Shown here: in pieces, positions 50,603-61,895 of the stretch
Layout: the number at the start of each line of letters is the position of its first letter
Position numbering within the stretch: position 1 is the stretch's first letter
Source of the DNA: Cellvibrionaceae bacterium
GTDB lineage: Bacteria; Pseudomonadota; Gammaproteobacteria; Pseudomonadales; Cellvibrionaceae
NCBI GenBank assembly: GCA_040880205.1
Contig: JBBDIU010000142.1
Span: 2,884-66,883 of the forward strand
Direction: 5' to 3'
DNA length: 64,000 nucleotides
The notes under the pieces: generated by a model
Seen by the model: only the letters and a program-made list of their open reading frames with translations
Databases searched by the model: none
What the model was told of the DNA's origin: nothing
Made by a program: the position numbers and the translations under genes

Positions 50603-51109
50603 ATGGCAGTACTAGAGATTCTTGAATTCCCGGACGCACGGTTGCGCACCAAGGCCAAACCCGTGGCCGAGGTTGACGATCGAATCCGCCAGCTGGTCGC
50701 GGACATGTTTGACACCATGTATGCGGCGCCCGGCATTGGCCTCGCGGCCACCCAGGTCAATGTTCACGAGCGGGTCGTGGTCATGGATCTGAGTGAGGAT
50801 AAATCCCAGCCCTTAGTGTTCATTAACCCGGAAATCACCGTGTTGGATGGCGATGTGGCGGACTGCGAGGAAGGTTGCCTATCCGTTCCCGGTTACACCG
50901 AGACGGTTGTGCGTCCCACCCATGTGCGCGTCAAAGCGCTCAACGAATATGGGGAGCCCTTCGAGCTGCTTCCCGAGGATCTACTGGCCGTGTGTATTCA
51001 ACACGAAGTGGATCACCTGAACGGTAAACTCTTCGTCGATTACCTCTCGCCCCTGAAGCGGCAGCGTATCCGCAGCAAGCTGGAAAAAGCTCAACGCGTG
51101 CGCGCCTAG
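50603..51109 (+). CDS. def: Peptide deformylase
   Basis: [19 protein letters not shown]. Confidence 0.98.
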   Translation: MAVLEILEFPDARLRTKAKPVAEVDDRIRQLVADMFDTMYAAPGIGLAATQVNVHERVVVMDLSEDKSQPLVFINPEITVLDGDVADCEEGCLSVPGYTETVVRPTHVRVKALNEYGEPFELLPEDLLAVCIQHEVDHLNGKLFVDYLSPLKRQRIRSKLEKAQRVRA

Positions 51110-51161
51110 CCACCACTCCATCCCAACCGATGGTCTGAATATAGAGGGCTTTTCCACCAAT

Positions 51162-52139
51162 ATGCAGGACTCTAGTAGCTTGCGCATCGTTTTTGCGGGC
51201 ACGCCCGCATTTGCGGCGGATTACCTCTCTGCTCTGCTGGCAAGCCAACACCAAGTGGTAGCGGTCTACACCCAACCCGACCGCCCGGCGGGACGCGGGA
51301 AGAAACTCACCGCAAGCCCCGTGAAACAACTGGCCACGACCCACGAGCTGCCCGTATGGCAACCAGTTTCATTGCGCGGCAGCGAGGAGCAAGCGCAAAT
51401 AATCTCGCTGAATGCCGATGTAATGGTTGTAGTCGCTTACGGCTTGATTCTCCCTCAACCGGTACTCGACGCCCCAGGCCTCGGCTGCTTGAATGTCCAT
51501 GCTTCGCTGCTGCCGAGGTGGCGGGGTGCCGCCCCAATTCAACGGGCCATCGAAGCGGGCGACACGGAAACCGGCATTACCATCATGCAGATGGACGCCG
51601 GTCTGGACACCGGCCCCATGCTGGCGACGGCACGTTGCGAGATCAAAACCACCGATACCGCCGGCACACTGCTGGAACGTCTCGCTCAGTTGGGCAAGCA
51701 ACCATTGCTTTCGGTGCTGGAGCAACTGTCCCTCCGCACAGCGACCTACACGCCTCAAAACGAATCCCAGGCGAGCTATGCCAGTAAAATTGACAAACGC
51801 GAAGCGGAAATCAACTGGCGACACGGGGCGGCGGGGATCGACCGCAAAATACGCGCGTTCAATCCCCTGCCCGGTGCTTTTACTCACTATCAGGGCCAAC
51901 GGATCAGAATTCTGCGCGCGGCGCCCCTGCCACCGTCCGGGGATAACGATGAGAGAGAACACGATGAGCTTGCCACCGGTACCGTTGCCGCGGCCCAAGG
52001 CGCGGACCTTGTGGTACGCTGTGGTGATGGCCAACTTCGACTGATTGAAATACAACTGCCGGGAAAAAAGTCCATGCCGGTGGACGATGTTTTGCGTGGA
52101 AACAAGGATCTTTTTGTTCCCGGCCAGCGGTTTCACTAA
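51162..52139 (+). CDS. fmt: Methionyl-tRNA formyltransferase
   Basis: FAGTPAF, TQPDRPAGRG, NVHASLLPRWRGAAP. Confidence 0.98.
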   Translation: MQDSSSLRIVFAGTPAFAADYLSALLASQHQVVAVYTQPDRPAGRGKKLTASPVKQLATTHELPVWQPVSLRGSEEQAQIISLNADVMVVVAYGLILPQPVLDAPGLGCLNVHASLLPRWRGAAPIQRAIEAGDTETGITIMQMDAGLDTGPMLATARCEIKTTDTAGTLLERLAQLGKQPLLSVLEQLSLRTATYTPQNESQASYASKIDKREAEINWRHGAAGIDRKIRAFNPLPGAFTHYQGQRIRILRAAPLPPSGDNDEREHDELATGTVAAAQGADLVVRCGDGQLRLIEIQLPGKKSMPVDDVLRGNKDLFVPGQRFH

Positions 52140-52142
52140 AGA

Positions 52143-53447
52143 ATGAAGACCCGCACTGTCGCCGCCAGGGTGATTGCCAACCTACTCAACCAGCGGGGGT
52201 CCCTGTCGAGTTTATTACCCGATGCCATGGCCGATGTCCCGGCGCGTGATCGCGCTTTGCTACAGGAGCTCTGCTACGGCACGTGCCGCTGGCAGCCAAA
52301 GCTGCAGTGTTACCTGGACGTTCTGGTGGACAAGCCGCTGCGTAATAAGGACCGCGACGTACACGCGCTGCTACTAATCGGCCTGTACCAACTGAGCTGT
52401 TTGCGCGTTCCGGACCATGCCGCCATCAACAGCACGGTCGAAGCCACCCAGGGCCTCAAGAAGCCTTGGGCAAAACAGCTGGTCAACGGCGTTTTGCGAC
52501 GTTTTCAGCGTGAAGAGCAAGCCCTGGCCGCATCGCTCGGCCACCTGCCAGCTTTTTCGAACGCACATCCTGCCTGGTTGGTTTCCACTTTTCAAAATGC
52601 CTGGCCAGAACAGTTGGGAGGCATACTCTCCGCCAACAACTCGCACCCGCCATTGACGCTGCGCGTTAACCGTCAACAGATGAATCGGGACGATTATCTC
52701 TCCTTGCTCAACGCCCAGGACTTGCCAGCCGAGCCTACCCCATACAGTCCCGACGGCGTTACCCTAAGCAAGCCGGTGGACGTGGAACAACTGCCCTTGT
52801 TTGCCGAAGGGGCGGTCAGCGTTCAGGATGAAGCCGCCCAGTTGAGCGCCGGATTATTGGAACTGAGGCCGGGCTTTCACGTGTTGGACGCCTGCTGTGC
52901 ACCGGGCGGGAAAACCGCGCATATGCTGGAGACGCAAACGCAGTTGGGCCGCATGGTCGGCTTGGATATCAGCGAGCCGCGAATTGAACGCACCCGCCAC
53001 AATCTGCAGCGCTTGAACCTGGCGGCGGAGCTGGTGGTCGGCGACGCGATACAAGCTTCGAGCCGGTGGCCACCCGAGTCGTTCGACCGGATTCTGGTGG
53101 ATGCACCCTGCTCGGCCACCGGCATCATTCGCCGGCATCCCGACATTAAACTGTTGCGTACGCCTGAGGAAGTTGCGCGCCTTGTGGCCAGTCAGCATGC
53201 GATTTTGCAAGCCATGTGGCCACTACTAAAGCCTGGAGGCATCCTGCTCTATGCCACTTGTTCGATACTTCCCCAAGAAAATACCGAGGTGGTGAGCCAG
53301 TTCCTGCGCGAGTATTCGGACGCACGGCATCAACCGCTTGCCGCAAGCTGGGGGGTGGCGCAACCCCGCGGAAGACAGTTGTTACCGCAACCGAATGGCC
53401 ACGACGGTTTTTACTTCGCCCGCCTGGAAAAACACCAGCGCACTTAA
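52143..53447 (+). CDS. rsmB: 16S rRNA m5C967 methyltransferase
   Basis: NusB-like N-terminal domain; VQDEAAQ, APGGKT, DAPCS, YATCS. Confidence 0.97.
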   Translation: MKTRTVAARVIANLLNQRGSLSSLLPDAMADVPARDRALLQELCYGTCRWQPKLQCYLDVLVDKPLRNKDRDVHALLLIGLYQLSCLRVPDHAAINSTVEATQGLKKPWAKQLVNGVLRRFQREEQALAASLGHLPAFSNAHPAWLVSTFQNAWPEQLGGILSANNSHPPLTLRVNRQQMNRDDYLSLLNAQDLPAEPTPYSPDGVTLSKPVDVEQLPLFAEGAVSVQDEAAQLSAGLLELRPGFHVLDACCAPGGKTAHMLETQTQLGRMVGLDISEPRIERTRHNLQRLNLAAELVVGDAIQASSRWPPESFDRILVDAPCSATGIIRRHPDIKLLRTPEEVARLVASQHAILQAMWPLLKPGGILLYATCSILPQENTEVVSQFLREYSDARHQPLAASWGVAQPRGRQLLPQPNGHDGFYFARLEKHQRT

Positions 53448-53513
53448 AAGCAGGCAATTCCACCGCAGTACCGGTAGAATTCGCGCCAGGCTCTCCACCG
53501 ATGAGTTTGTCCC

Positions 53514-54899
53514 ATGAAAATCATCATTCTCGGCGCTGGCCAAGTGGGTGGCACCCTGGCGCAAAACCTTGCCAACGAAGCCAACGATATTACGGTGGTG
53601 GACGGTAACGAGGCCAGGCTACAAGCCCTGCGCGATCGCATTGACATCGGCGTGGTTTGTGGTGCCGCTTCGCATCCCGAGATCCTCATCCAGGCCGGTA
53701 TTCGCGACGCGGATTTGCTGATTGCGGTAACTAACGACGACGAAACCAACATGGTCGCCTGTCAGGTTTCCCACAGCCTATTTCGCACTCCCACAAAAAT
53801 TGCACGCATTCGTGCCAATGCCTATCTCGCCCAACCCGATCTGTTTCGCGATACGGCGATTCCCATTGATGTCTTGATCAGTCCCGAGCAGTTGGTATCG
53901 GACTACATCTGTCGGCTCATCGAACAGCCCGGCGCCTTACAGGTGTTGGATTTCGCCGGTGGCGAGGTGCAACTGGTCGCGGTGAAAGCCTATTACGGCG
54001 GACCATTGGTGGGGCAGGAATTGCGCTTTTTGCGCCAGCACATGCCGGCCGTGGATACCCGCGTGGCGGCAATTTTTCGGCGCGACCGCCCGATCACGCC
54101 GACCGGCGCCACGGTCATTGAAGCGGATGACGAGGTGTTCTTTATCGCCGCCAAAGCGGATATCCGCGCGGTGATGAGTGAGTTGCGCCGGCTGGAGTCC
54201 CCTTACAAGCGCATAACAATCGCTGGTGGCGGCAACATTGGTTTGCGTCTGACGCGTAAGTTGGAGTCCAGCTATTCGGTACGCGTTATCGAACACAATC
54301 CCAAGCGCTGCGCTCAATTGTCGGAACAATTACAGCGCGCCATCGTATTGCAAGGCAGCGCGTCCGATCAGGACCTGCTACTGGAAGAAAACATCGAGGA
54401 GACCGATGTATTTCTGGCCGTCACCGATGACGACGAAGCCAATATCATGTCTTCCATGCTCGCCAAACGACTCGGCGCGCGCAAAGTAATGACGCTAATC
54501 AATAACCCCGCGTACGTGGACTTGGTGCAAGGTGGGGAGATCGACATCGCCATATCTCCGCAGCTGACCACCATCGGCAGCCTGCTGACCCATGTTCGAC
54601 GCGGTGATATGGTCAACGTGCATTCGCTTCGACGCGGGGCGGCGGAAGCGATTGAAATCATCGCCCACGGCGATGCGCGCTCATCCAAGGTAGTGGGCAA
54701 AGCCCTTGAAGACATCGACCTGCCCGAGGGCGCCAATGTCGGCGCAATCGTTCGGGAAAAAGACGGCAAAAGCCAAGTGCTGATAGCCCACGACGACATT
54801 GTGGTGGAAACCGGCGATCACGTCATCTTGTTCCTGGTGGACAAGAAGTTTACCCGGAATATCGAGCAACTCTTCCAAGTCGGGTTCAGCTTCTTTTAA
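53514..54899 (+). CDS. trkA: Trk K+ uptake regulatory subunit
   Basis: [12 protein letters not shown] and a second GGGNIG RCK domain. Confidence 0.97.
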   Translation: MKIIILGAGQVGGTLAQNLANEANDITVVDGNEARLQALRDRIDIGVVCGAASHPEILIQAGIRDADLLIAVTNDDETNMVACQVSHSLFRTPTKIARIRANAYLAQPDLFRDTAIPIDVLISPEQLVSDYICRLIEQPGALQVLDFAGGEVQLVAVKAYYGGPLVGQELRFLRQHMPAVDTRVAAIFRRDRPITPTGATVIEADDEVFFIAAKADIRAVMSELRRLESPYKRITIAGGGNIGLRLTRKLESSYSVRVIEHNPKRCAQLSEQLQRAIVLQGSASDQDLLLEENIEETDVFLAVTDDDEANIMSSMLAKRLGARKVMTLINNPAYVDLVQGGEIDIAISPQLTTIGSLLTHVRRGDMVNVHSLRRGAAEAIEIIAHGDARSSKVVGKALEDIDLPEGANVGAIVREKDGKSQVLIAHDDIVVETGDHVILFLVDKKFTRNIEQLFQVGFSFF

Positions 54900-54900
54900 C

Positions 54901-56349
54901 ATGCATCCAGCTATTATTTCAAAGGTTCTCGGCATCCTGTTAATGGGCTACAGCATCGTGTTGGTGCCGCCCGTTATTGTTTCCTTGATCTATCAGGACA
55001 ATGTCCACCAGGCATTTTTGATTTCCTTTGCCATCACACTATTCACCGGTGTAGTGCTGTGGCTGCTGGCCCGCGGCAAACGGCAAGACCTGCGAACCCG
55101 CGATGGCTTCGTGGTAACAGCACTATTCTGGGCGGTTTTGGGATTATTCGGCGCCCTGCCTTTTCTATTGTCCGAATCCCCCACACTCAGTATCACCGAC
55201 GCCGTGTTCGAGTCCATGTCCGGCCTCACCACAACGGGCGCCACCGTTATTAGCGGCCTCGACTATCTGCCGGAGTCGATTTTGTTTTACCGGCAATCAC
55301 TGCAATGGTTGGGTGGTATTGGAATCATTGTTGTAGCAATTGCGATCTTGCCCATGCTCGGCATCGGCGGTATGCAATTATACCGTGCGGAAATTCCCGG
55401 GCCGGTCAAGGACACCAAGCTAACCCCGCGTATTACCGAAACCGCCAAGGCACTCATTTTTATTTATGCCGGCCTCACGATTGTGTGCATGCTGGCATAT
55501 TGGTACGCGGGTATGAGTTTTTTCGATGCGATTTGCCACGCGTTTTCCACGGTCGCCATTGGCGGTTTTTCAACTCACGACGAGAGTATCGGCTACTTCA
55601 ACAGTCCGGCAATCGTGTGGGTGGCTATTTTTTTTATGTTCTTCTCCGCCATTAATTTCGCGTTGCACTTTTTTGCCTGGCATAACCGTAGCATCAAACA
55701 GTATTTGCATGATCCTGAGTTCAAATTTTATTTTTTCTGCATCCTGCTGGGGATAGCGATTACCGTCAGTTACCTTATAGCAAGCAATACCTACGGTCCC
55801 ATGGAAAGTCTTTTGCACGGCACTTTTGAGTTGGTGGCTATTGTAACCACAACCGGTTACTCAACCGTTGGCTTTAGTAACTGGCCAGGCTTTTTGCCCT
55901 TTATGATTTTTATTGGCGCGTTCATGGGGGGCTGCTCCATGTCCACCGCTGGCGGAATGAAGGTGATCCGCGTGCTGCTGGTGTGCAAGCAAGGGCTTCG
56001 GGAAATTCATCGGCTCATTCACCCCAATGCGGTTATTCCCATAAAGATCGGAAAAAGAACGGTGTCCGATCGGGTGGTCGATGCAGTATGGGGGTTTTTT
56101 GCGCTCTATGTGTTTTCCTTCGCCACCATGTTTTTGCTATTAATGGCAACCGGGCTGGACTTTTTGACTGCCGTATCCGCGGTCGGCGCATGTATCAATA
56201 ATCTGGGCCCGGGAATGGGCGACGTGGCCGCCAACTACGCCAATATCAATCCCGCGGCCAAATGGATACTATGTTTTGCCATGCTGCTGGGGCGCCTGGA
56301 AGTGTTTACCCTGCTGGTCCTATTTACCCCGATGTTTTGGCGGCGCTAA
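54901..56349 (+). CDS. trkH: Trk K+ uptake membrane subunit
   Basis: ATG at 54901; SGLTTTG, AIGGFS, TTTGY, NNLGPG, GRLE pore motifs. Confidence 0.97.
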   Translation: MHPAIISKVLGILLMGYSIVLVPPVIVSLIYQDNVHQAFLISFAITLFTGVVLWLLARGKRQDLRTRDGFVVTALFWAVLGLFGALPFLLSESPTLSITDAVFESMSGLTTTGATVISGLDYLPESILFYRQSLQWLGGIGIIVVAIAILPMLGIGGMQLYRAEIPGPVKDTKLTPRITETAKALIFIYAGLTIVCMLAYWYAGMSFFDAICHAFSTVAIGGFSTHDESIGYFNSPAIVWVAIFFMFFSAINFALHFFAWHNRSIKQYLHDPEFKFYFFCILLGIAITVSYLIASNTYGPMESLLHGTFELVAIVTTTGYSTVGFSNWPGFLPFMIFIGAFMGGCSMSTAGGMKVIRVLLVCKQGLREIHRLIHPNAVIPIKIGKRTVSDRVVDAVWGFFALYVFSFATMFLLLMATGLDFLTAVSAVGACINNLGPGMGDVAANYANINPAAKWILCFAMLLGRLEVFTLLVLFTPMFWRR

Positions 56350-57238
56350 CAACATGTTTGAAGCGTTTATACTCCCACTGGTACTGCTCGGGAATTTCCC
56401 TCACGCAGGCTTCCACGCTACGGTTGAGCGCGTTTAAGCTACTCGCCATTTCCCGATCCTTAATGGCTCTATCAGCTTCCCTGACCACCACCTCGTAACC
56501 GTCGGTTACTCGCTTGGCAAAAATCATCAAGACATCGCAATCGGTCCGCTGTACGAGTTTATGGATCAGCGTCATCGTTTGCGCGGGCTGTCCAAAAAAA
56601 TGCGCGGCTCGTCCGGCGCCTTCATCCGGCACTTGGTCCGGTAGGATGGCTACCACTTCTCCCGCCTGTAAAGCCTTGAGCACTTGACTGACACCCTTTC
56701 GCGAAGCAGGTGCCAGTTTGATCCCGGCGCGGCCCCGGCCCCGCAACATCAAATCGTCGATAGCGTCCATTCCGCTGGGCTGATACATAAACGTGATATG
56801 TTTCAAACGCGGTGGCAGCCAGGGCCCCATGATTTCCCAATTGCCAAGATGCGGTGCCAGCAAGAGCAGGCCGCGCCCCGAGGTCTGTTGCTGTTCGACT
56901 CGCGCAAACCCATCCACGCCCACTACATAGCACCTGAGTTTCTCGGGTGCTTGTATCCAAATCGAGGGAGCTTCCAGCGCGGTCATGGCCGTGTGTACAA
57001 GGCTCGACCTGACCAGCGCCGCTTGTCCGGCGGGGTCCATGTCCGGAAAGCAGCGATTCACATTGTCCCGGCTGATTTCAACCGGACGACCCCCGAACCC
57101 ATAGGAAATCCTACCGACAAAGCCGCCGATCCCGCGGTTGACCAGCAAAGGTAACCGTCCCAGGATGCGGATAGCCAAACTCCCGAGCGCCGGCCGGACA
57201 CGACGGGTAAATTTTTTCAGGGGTCGCTTGCGAGACAT
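56324..57238 (-). CDS. Lipid A biosynthesis (LpxL-family) acyltransferase
   Basis: HLGNWE, LPDQVP, FFGQPA, PEQYQWEYKRFK. Confidence 0.92.
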   Translation of the reverse strand: MSRKRPLKKFTRRVRPALGSLAIRILGRLPLLVNRGIGGFVGRISYGFGGRPVEISRDNVNRCFPDMDPAGQAALVRSSLVHTAMTALEAPSIWIQAPEKLRCYVVGVDGFARVEQQQTSGRGLLLLAPHLGNWEIMGPWLPPRLKHITFMYQPSGMDAIDDLMLRGRGRAGIKLAPASRKGVSQVLKALQAGEVVAILPDQVPDEGAGRAAHFFGQPAQTMTLIHKLVQRTDCDVLMIFAKRVTDGYEVVVREADRAIKDREMASSLNALNRSVEACVREIPEQYQWEYKRFKHVVSAAKTSG

Positions 57239-57408
57239 GATCGTATCGAGGAGCCGGTTGGGAGCGAAGACGGAAACACCGGCAGCTTACCGGAAATCAC
57301 CCATGATGGAAGCGAACGAGCATATCAAAGGTTCAGTCAGCCCGGTATAATTGCGGGCTTTTCGCAATGGCCTGCCGGCCAAGTATTCCACGACAGGGGC
57401 TTTGTCGC

Positions 57409-58362
57409 GTGTCTGACAGCACACATTCCGATTTTTCGACCTTTCAAGGTTTGATTGGCGCGTTGCAACAATTTTGGGCCGCCCAGGGCTGCGTGATACT
57501 GCAGCCGCTAGATATGGCAGTGGGTGCCGGCACCTTTCATCCCGCCACTTTCCTGCGCTCCATAGGCCCAGAGACCTGGAACACCGCCTATGTGCAACCG
57601 TGCCGGCGACCCACCGACGGCCGCTACGGGGAGAATCCCAACCGCTTGCAGCATTATTATCAATTCCAGGTGCTGCTTAAGCCCTCCCCGGACAATATCC
57701 AGGAACTCTATCTGGATTCCCTGCGCATGCTGGGCTTTGATCCCTTGACCCACGACATTCGCTTTGTCGAAGACAACTGGGAATCACCTACCCTAGGGGC
57801 CTGGGGCTTGGGCTGGGAGGTTTGGCTCAACGGCATGGAAGTCACCCAGTTTACTTATTTCCAGCAGGTCGGCGGCCTGGAGTGCTACCCCGTTAGCGGC
57901 GAAATCACCTATGGCCTGGAACGTCTTGCCATGTACTTACAAGGCGTCAACTCCATTTTTGACCTGGTCTGGACCCGCGGCCCGGACGGGATAGCCGTTA
58001 CCTATGGCGACGTGTTTCACCAAAATGAAATGGAAATGTCCGCTTACAACTTCAACGAAGCGGACGTGCCATTTTTGTTCAAGACCTTTGACGCCTGTGA
58101 GGCGGAAAGCAAACGCCTGGTGGAAAAAGGCTTGCCATTACCGGCCTATGAAATGGTTATGCAAGCTTCACATGCGTTTAATCTGCTGGACGCCCGCCAC
58201 GCTATTTCGGTGACGGAGCGACAACGTTTCATTCTGCGGGTGCGAACCCTGGCCCGAGCGGTGGCTAAAGCCTATTTCGATGCACGCAAAGCACTGGGTT
58301 TTCCGCTGGCGCCCACGGCATTGCGCGATGAAGTCATGGCCGCAAGCGGGGAGGATCGATAG
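57409..58362 (+). CDS. glyQ: Glycine-tRNA ligase alpha subunit
   Basis: [35 protein letters not shown]; GTG start at 57409. Confidence 0.98.
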   Translation: MSDSTHSDFSTFQGLIGALQQFWAAQGCVILQPLDMAVGAGTFHPATFLRSIGPETWNTAYVQPCRRPTDGRYGENPNRLQHYYQFQVLLKPSPDNIQELYLDSLRMLGFDPLTHDIRFVEDNWESPTLGAWGLGWEVWLNGMEVTQFTYFQQVGGLECYPVSGEITYGLERLAMYLQGVNSIFDLVWTRGPDGIAVTYGDVFHQNEMEMSAYNFNEADVPFLFKTFDACEAESKRLVEKGLPLPAYEMVMQASHAFNLLDARHAISVTERQRFILRVRTLARAVAKAYFDARKALGFPLAPTALRDEVMAASGEDR

Positions 58363-60440
58363 TGCCCCGGAATTTTCTTGTAGAAATTGGCACCGAAGAG
58401 TTACCACCGGCCGCGCTCAAGTCCCTGGCCGTTGCTTTTTCCCGGGGCATTTCCGATGGCCTTGCAAAACGCGAGCTGCAACATCAATCGAGCCAGTGGT
58501 TTGCGACTCCGCGGCGTTTGGCGGTGCGGATTCATCAGCTGGAGGAGCAGGCGCCGGACCAAGCCATTGAACTGCTCGGCCCGCCGGTGGCAGCGGCACG
58601 GGATAAAAACGGCAATTGGTCCAAGGCCGCCGAAGGTTTTGCCCGCAAAAATGGTGTGACACCCGAGCAGTTGAGCGTGGCGGCATCGGACAAGGGTGAG
58701 CGACTTGCGTTTCGGGAAACGCGAAAAGGCGCGAAAGCTGTTGATTGTCTGGCTGATGTAGTCCAGGACGCACTTGCGGCACTGCCCATTCCCAAACGGA
58801 TGCGGTGGGGCGCTAGCCGTGCCGAATTTATTCGCCCGGTACACTGGGTACTGATGCTATTCGGCAGCGAGACATTGTCGGCAAATTTGTTTGGGCTTGG
58901 CGCCGGTAATCAAACGCGCGGCCATCGCTTTCACCACGACGACTGGCTTCAAATCGAGGAGCCGAGCCAGTACGAGTCGGTGTTGGAAAGTAGCGGTCAA
59001 GTTATTGCGGATTATGATCGCCGCCAACAGTTGATTCGAGGGCAGGTGGAAGCTGAAGCGACTAAGCTCGGAGCACAAGTGATCCTGGATTCGGATCTGC
59101 TGGACGAAGTAACGGCGCTGGTGGAGTGGCCAGCGGCCTTAACCGGTTCTTTCGATCGCGCGTTTCTCGAGGTGCCGGCCGAAGCGTTGATCTCCTCCAT
59201 GAAGGAACACCAAAGATATTTCCATCTGGTTAATGAAGGCGGTGAATTGGTCCCGCACTTTATTTTTGTGTCGAACATTGTCAGCCGCGATCCCGGCCAG
59301 GTCATCGCTGGCAACGAGCGGGTTATCCGCCCGCGCTTGAGCGATGCCGCCTTCTTTTTCGATACCGACAAACAAATAACGTTGGCGGAACGGGTCGACA
59401 AGCTGGACAGCATCGTATTCCAGGAAAAGCTGGGCACGCTCTTGGACAAGACTGTACGGGTGCAAAAACTCGCTGCATTCATCGCGAATGCCATCGGCGG
59501 CAATGCAGATCATGCCGAACGCGCGGCCTGGTTGGCAAAAGCGGATCTTGCCTCGGACATGGTGCTTGAGTTTGACAAGATGCAGGGCATTGCCGGCTAC
59601 TATTACGCGCGCAACGACGGCGAAACACAAGAAGTGGCGGAAGCGATTCGCGACCAGTATTTGCCAAAATTTGCTGGCGACAAGTTGCCCGAAGGCGCAA
59701 CCGCCTGCGCCCTCGGCCTTGCTGATCGCCTCGACACGTTAGTGGGCATTTTCGGCATCGCCCAGAGACCTTCAGGATCCAAGGATCCTTTCGCACTGCG
59801 CCGAGCCAGTCTGTCGGTGTTGCGCATTCTGGTGGAACGAGAATTGCCGCTGGATTTGGCCGAGTTGCTGGAAAAGGCCAAAACAGGCTATCAGTCCCTG
59901 CCCGCCGGCGAAACTGTGGTTCAGCAAGTCTTGGACTATATGATCGAACGGTTCCGGGCCTGGTACGAGGAGGCCTCGATCCCGGTACAGGTGTTTCAAG
60001 CGGTCAGCGCCAGGAATATCAGCGTGCCGGTTGATTTCGACCAACGCGTCAAGGCGGTGCATCGCTTTACTCAGTTGAAGGAAGCCGAAGCGCTGGCGGC
60101 GGCAAATAAACGCGTGTCTAACATTCTCGCCAAACAAAGCGAAAAAATCGCGGCAGTAGTCGACACGTCCTTGTTAAGGGAAGCCGCCGAGAAAAAACTT
60201 GCCACAGCCGTGGAAAGCAAGCGACAGCAAGTTCAGCCCTTGTTTGCTCGGGGAGAGTACACGCAAGGCTTGGAAGCACTGGCGGAATTGCGCGACAGCG
60301 TTGACAGCTTTTTCGATCAGGTCATGGTGATGACCGAGGACGAGGCCTTGCGCCGCAACCGCCTGGCGCTGCTGAATCAACTACGCGACCTGTTTTTGCA
60401 GGTGGCGGATATTTCACTGCTGAGCAGTGCAACCAATTAA
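58362..60440 (+). CDS. glyS: Glycine-tRNA ligase beta subunit
   Basis: LVEIGTEELP, TPRRLA, GNERVIRPRL, SKDPFALRR. Confidence 0.98.
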   Translation: MPRNFLVEIGTEELPPAALKSLAVAFSRGISDGLAKRELQHQSSQWFATPRRLAVRIHQLEEQAPDQAIELLGPPVAAARDKNGNWSKAAEGFARKNGVTPEQLSVAASDKGERLAFRETRKGAKAVDCLADVVQDALAALPIPKRMRWGASRAEFIRPVHWVLMLFGSETLSANLFGLGAGNQTRGHRFHHDDWLQIEEPSQYESVLESSGQVIADYDRRQQLIRGQVEAEATKLGAQVILDSDLLDEVTALVEWPAALTGSFDRAFLEVPAEALISSMKEHQRYFHLVNEGGELVPHFIFVSNIVSRDPGQVIAGNERVIRPRLSDAAFFFDTDKQITLAERVDKLDSIVFQEKLGTLLDKTVRVQKLAAFIANAIGGNADHAERAAWLAKADLASDMVLEFDKMQGIAGYYYARNDGETQEVAEAIRDQYLPKFAGDKLPEGATACALGLADRLDTLVGIFGIAQRPSGSKDPFALRRASLSVLRILVERELPLDLAELLEKAKTGYQSLPAGETVVQQVLDYMIERFRAWYEEASIPVQVFQAVSARNISVPVDFDQRVKAVHRFTQLKEAEALAAANKRVSNILAKQSEKIAAVVDTSLLREAAEKKLATAVESKRQQVQPLFARGEYTQGLEALAELRDSVDSFFDQVMVMTEDEALRRNRLALLNQLRDLFLQVADISLLSSATN

Positions 60441-60460
60441 CGTCGGTATTTGTCCCAGCC

Positions 60461-61012
60461 ATGTCCCTTGTCATTGTTGATCGCGACGGCGTTATTAATT
60501 TTGATTCCGACGACTATATAAAGTGCCAGTCGGAATGGCGACCCATTCCCGGCAGCCTGGAAGCCATTGCAAGGTTGTCACAAGCGGGGTTTACAGTGGC
60601 GGTGGCAACCAATCAATCCGGGCTGGCGCGCGGTCTGTTTGATCTCGATGACCTGGAAGCCATCAACGCACACATGCTGGACTGCGTTGCCGCACTCGGT
60701 GGTAACATTGCCGGAGTATTTTACTGTCCTCACCATCCCGACGATGGCTGCGACTGCCGTAAACCCCAACCGGGACTGATTACCGCCATTGAAAGCGAGT
60801 TGTCCGTTTCAGCCAAGGGCACGCCCTTCATCGGCGACAGTCTACGGGATATACAAGCGGGCCTTGCCAAAGGTTGTAAGCCGCTGCTGGTAAGAACCGG
60901 AAAGGGAGAAAACACGCTGGCTCAACTGCCCGAGGCCTTGCGCCAGGAAGTAGAGGTGTTCGCCGACCTTGCGAGCGCCGCGGATTACATACTCGAACAT
61001 TATTCTAACTGA
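60461..61012 (+). CDS. gmhB: Heptose-1,7-bisphosphate phosphatase
   Basis: DRDGVIN, ATNQSG, CPHHPDDGCDCRKP, GDSLRD. Confidence 0.95.
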   Translation: MSLVIVDRDGVINFDSDDYIKCQSEWRPIPGSLEAIARLSQAGFTVAVATNQSGLARGLFDLDDLEAINAHMLDCVAALGGNIAGVFYCPHHPDDGCDCRKPQPGLITAIESELSVSAKGTPFIGDSLRDIQAGLAKGCKPLLVRTGKGENTLAQLPEALRQEVEVFADLASAADYILEHYSN

Positions 61013-61755
61013 TGCTTTTTTTACGTTCTTTTTTGTTTTACCTGGGTTACGGCCTGACCGGCGTGATCGCGGGAACTCTGAGTTTGCTGCTGTGGCTCGC
61101 ACCAGTGCGCTGGCGATTTCGTACACTGTTGCTGTGGAATCGCTTCGTGATTTGGTGGCTGAGAATAACCTGTGACATCAAGTTGAATCTGGTCGATCAC
61201 AACCAACGCGACAAAAACGCGCGCTTTGTTATTTTATCCAAGCACCAGACAATTTGGGAAACAGTGTTCTTGCAGTATTACTTCGAGCCGCTTAGTACCA
61301 TTCTCAAGCGTTCGCTGCTTATGTTGCCGTTTTTTGGCTGGGGGTTGGCCGTGCTCAAGCCCATCGCCATTGACCGCAGCTCGCCTATGACATCGTTGCG
61401 GCAAGTAAAGAAATTAGGGCCGAAGCGGCTCCGCGATGGTTTTAATTTATTGGTTTTTCCGGAAGGCACGCGAACGCCGGTGGGCCAGGTGGGTCATTAC
61501 GCTCGGAGCGGGGTTGAAATAGCATCCTCTGCCAACGCTTCCGTAATACCAGTGGCACACAACGCCGGCGAATGCTGGCCGGCCAAGCTCTTCATCAAAT
61601 ATCCAGGCACCATCACCGTCGTAATTGGCGAACCGATTGCCACCACCGACCGCGACAGCCGCCGCGTTACAGCGCAGGTAAAAGACTGGATTGAAAATCA
61701 GATCGCGCAAATGCCGCCGGGACGCAGGGCCGTTGGCAAGCCTGTTCATGTCTAG
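61012..61755 (+). CDS. plsC: 1-acyl-sn-glycerol-3-phosphate acyltransferase
   Basis: KHQTIWE, PIAIDR, FPEGTR. Confidence 0.9.
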   Translation: MLFLRSFLFYLGYGLTGVIAGTLSLLLWLAPVRWRFRTLLLWNRFVIWWLRITCDIKLNLVDHNQRDKNARFVILSKHQTIWETVFLQYYFEPLSTILKRSLLMLPFFGWGLAVLKPIAIDRSSPMTSLRQVKKLGPKRLRDGFNLLVFPEGTRTPVGQVGHYARSGVEIASSANASVIPVAHNAGECWPAKLFIKYPGTITVVIGEPIATTDRDSRRVTAQVKDWIENQIAQMPPGRRAVGKPVHV

Positions 61756-61796
61756 CGAAAAGCAGTGGGAAATGGAGCCGGAAAAGCCCCAAAGTC

Positions 61797-61890
61797 GTCA
61801 TCCTCGCGTGCACGCGGGGATCCCTGGCGGGCACGGGAGACTCGCTGGTCTCGTCTCACCGCCACCGGCGAGATGCGGCTCGCCGGTGGC
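61797..61890. repeat. REP-like palindrome plus hairpins between convergent plsC and gyrB
   Basis: GTCATCCTCGCG-TGCA-CGCGGGGATCC (61797-61823) and perfect 12-bp stem GCCACCGGCGAG/CTCGCCGGTGGC (61861-61890). Confidence 0.6.
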
Positions 61891-61895
61891 CGTTA

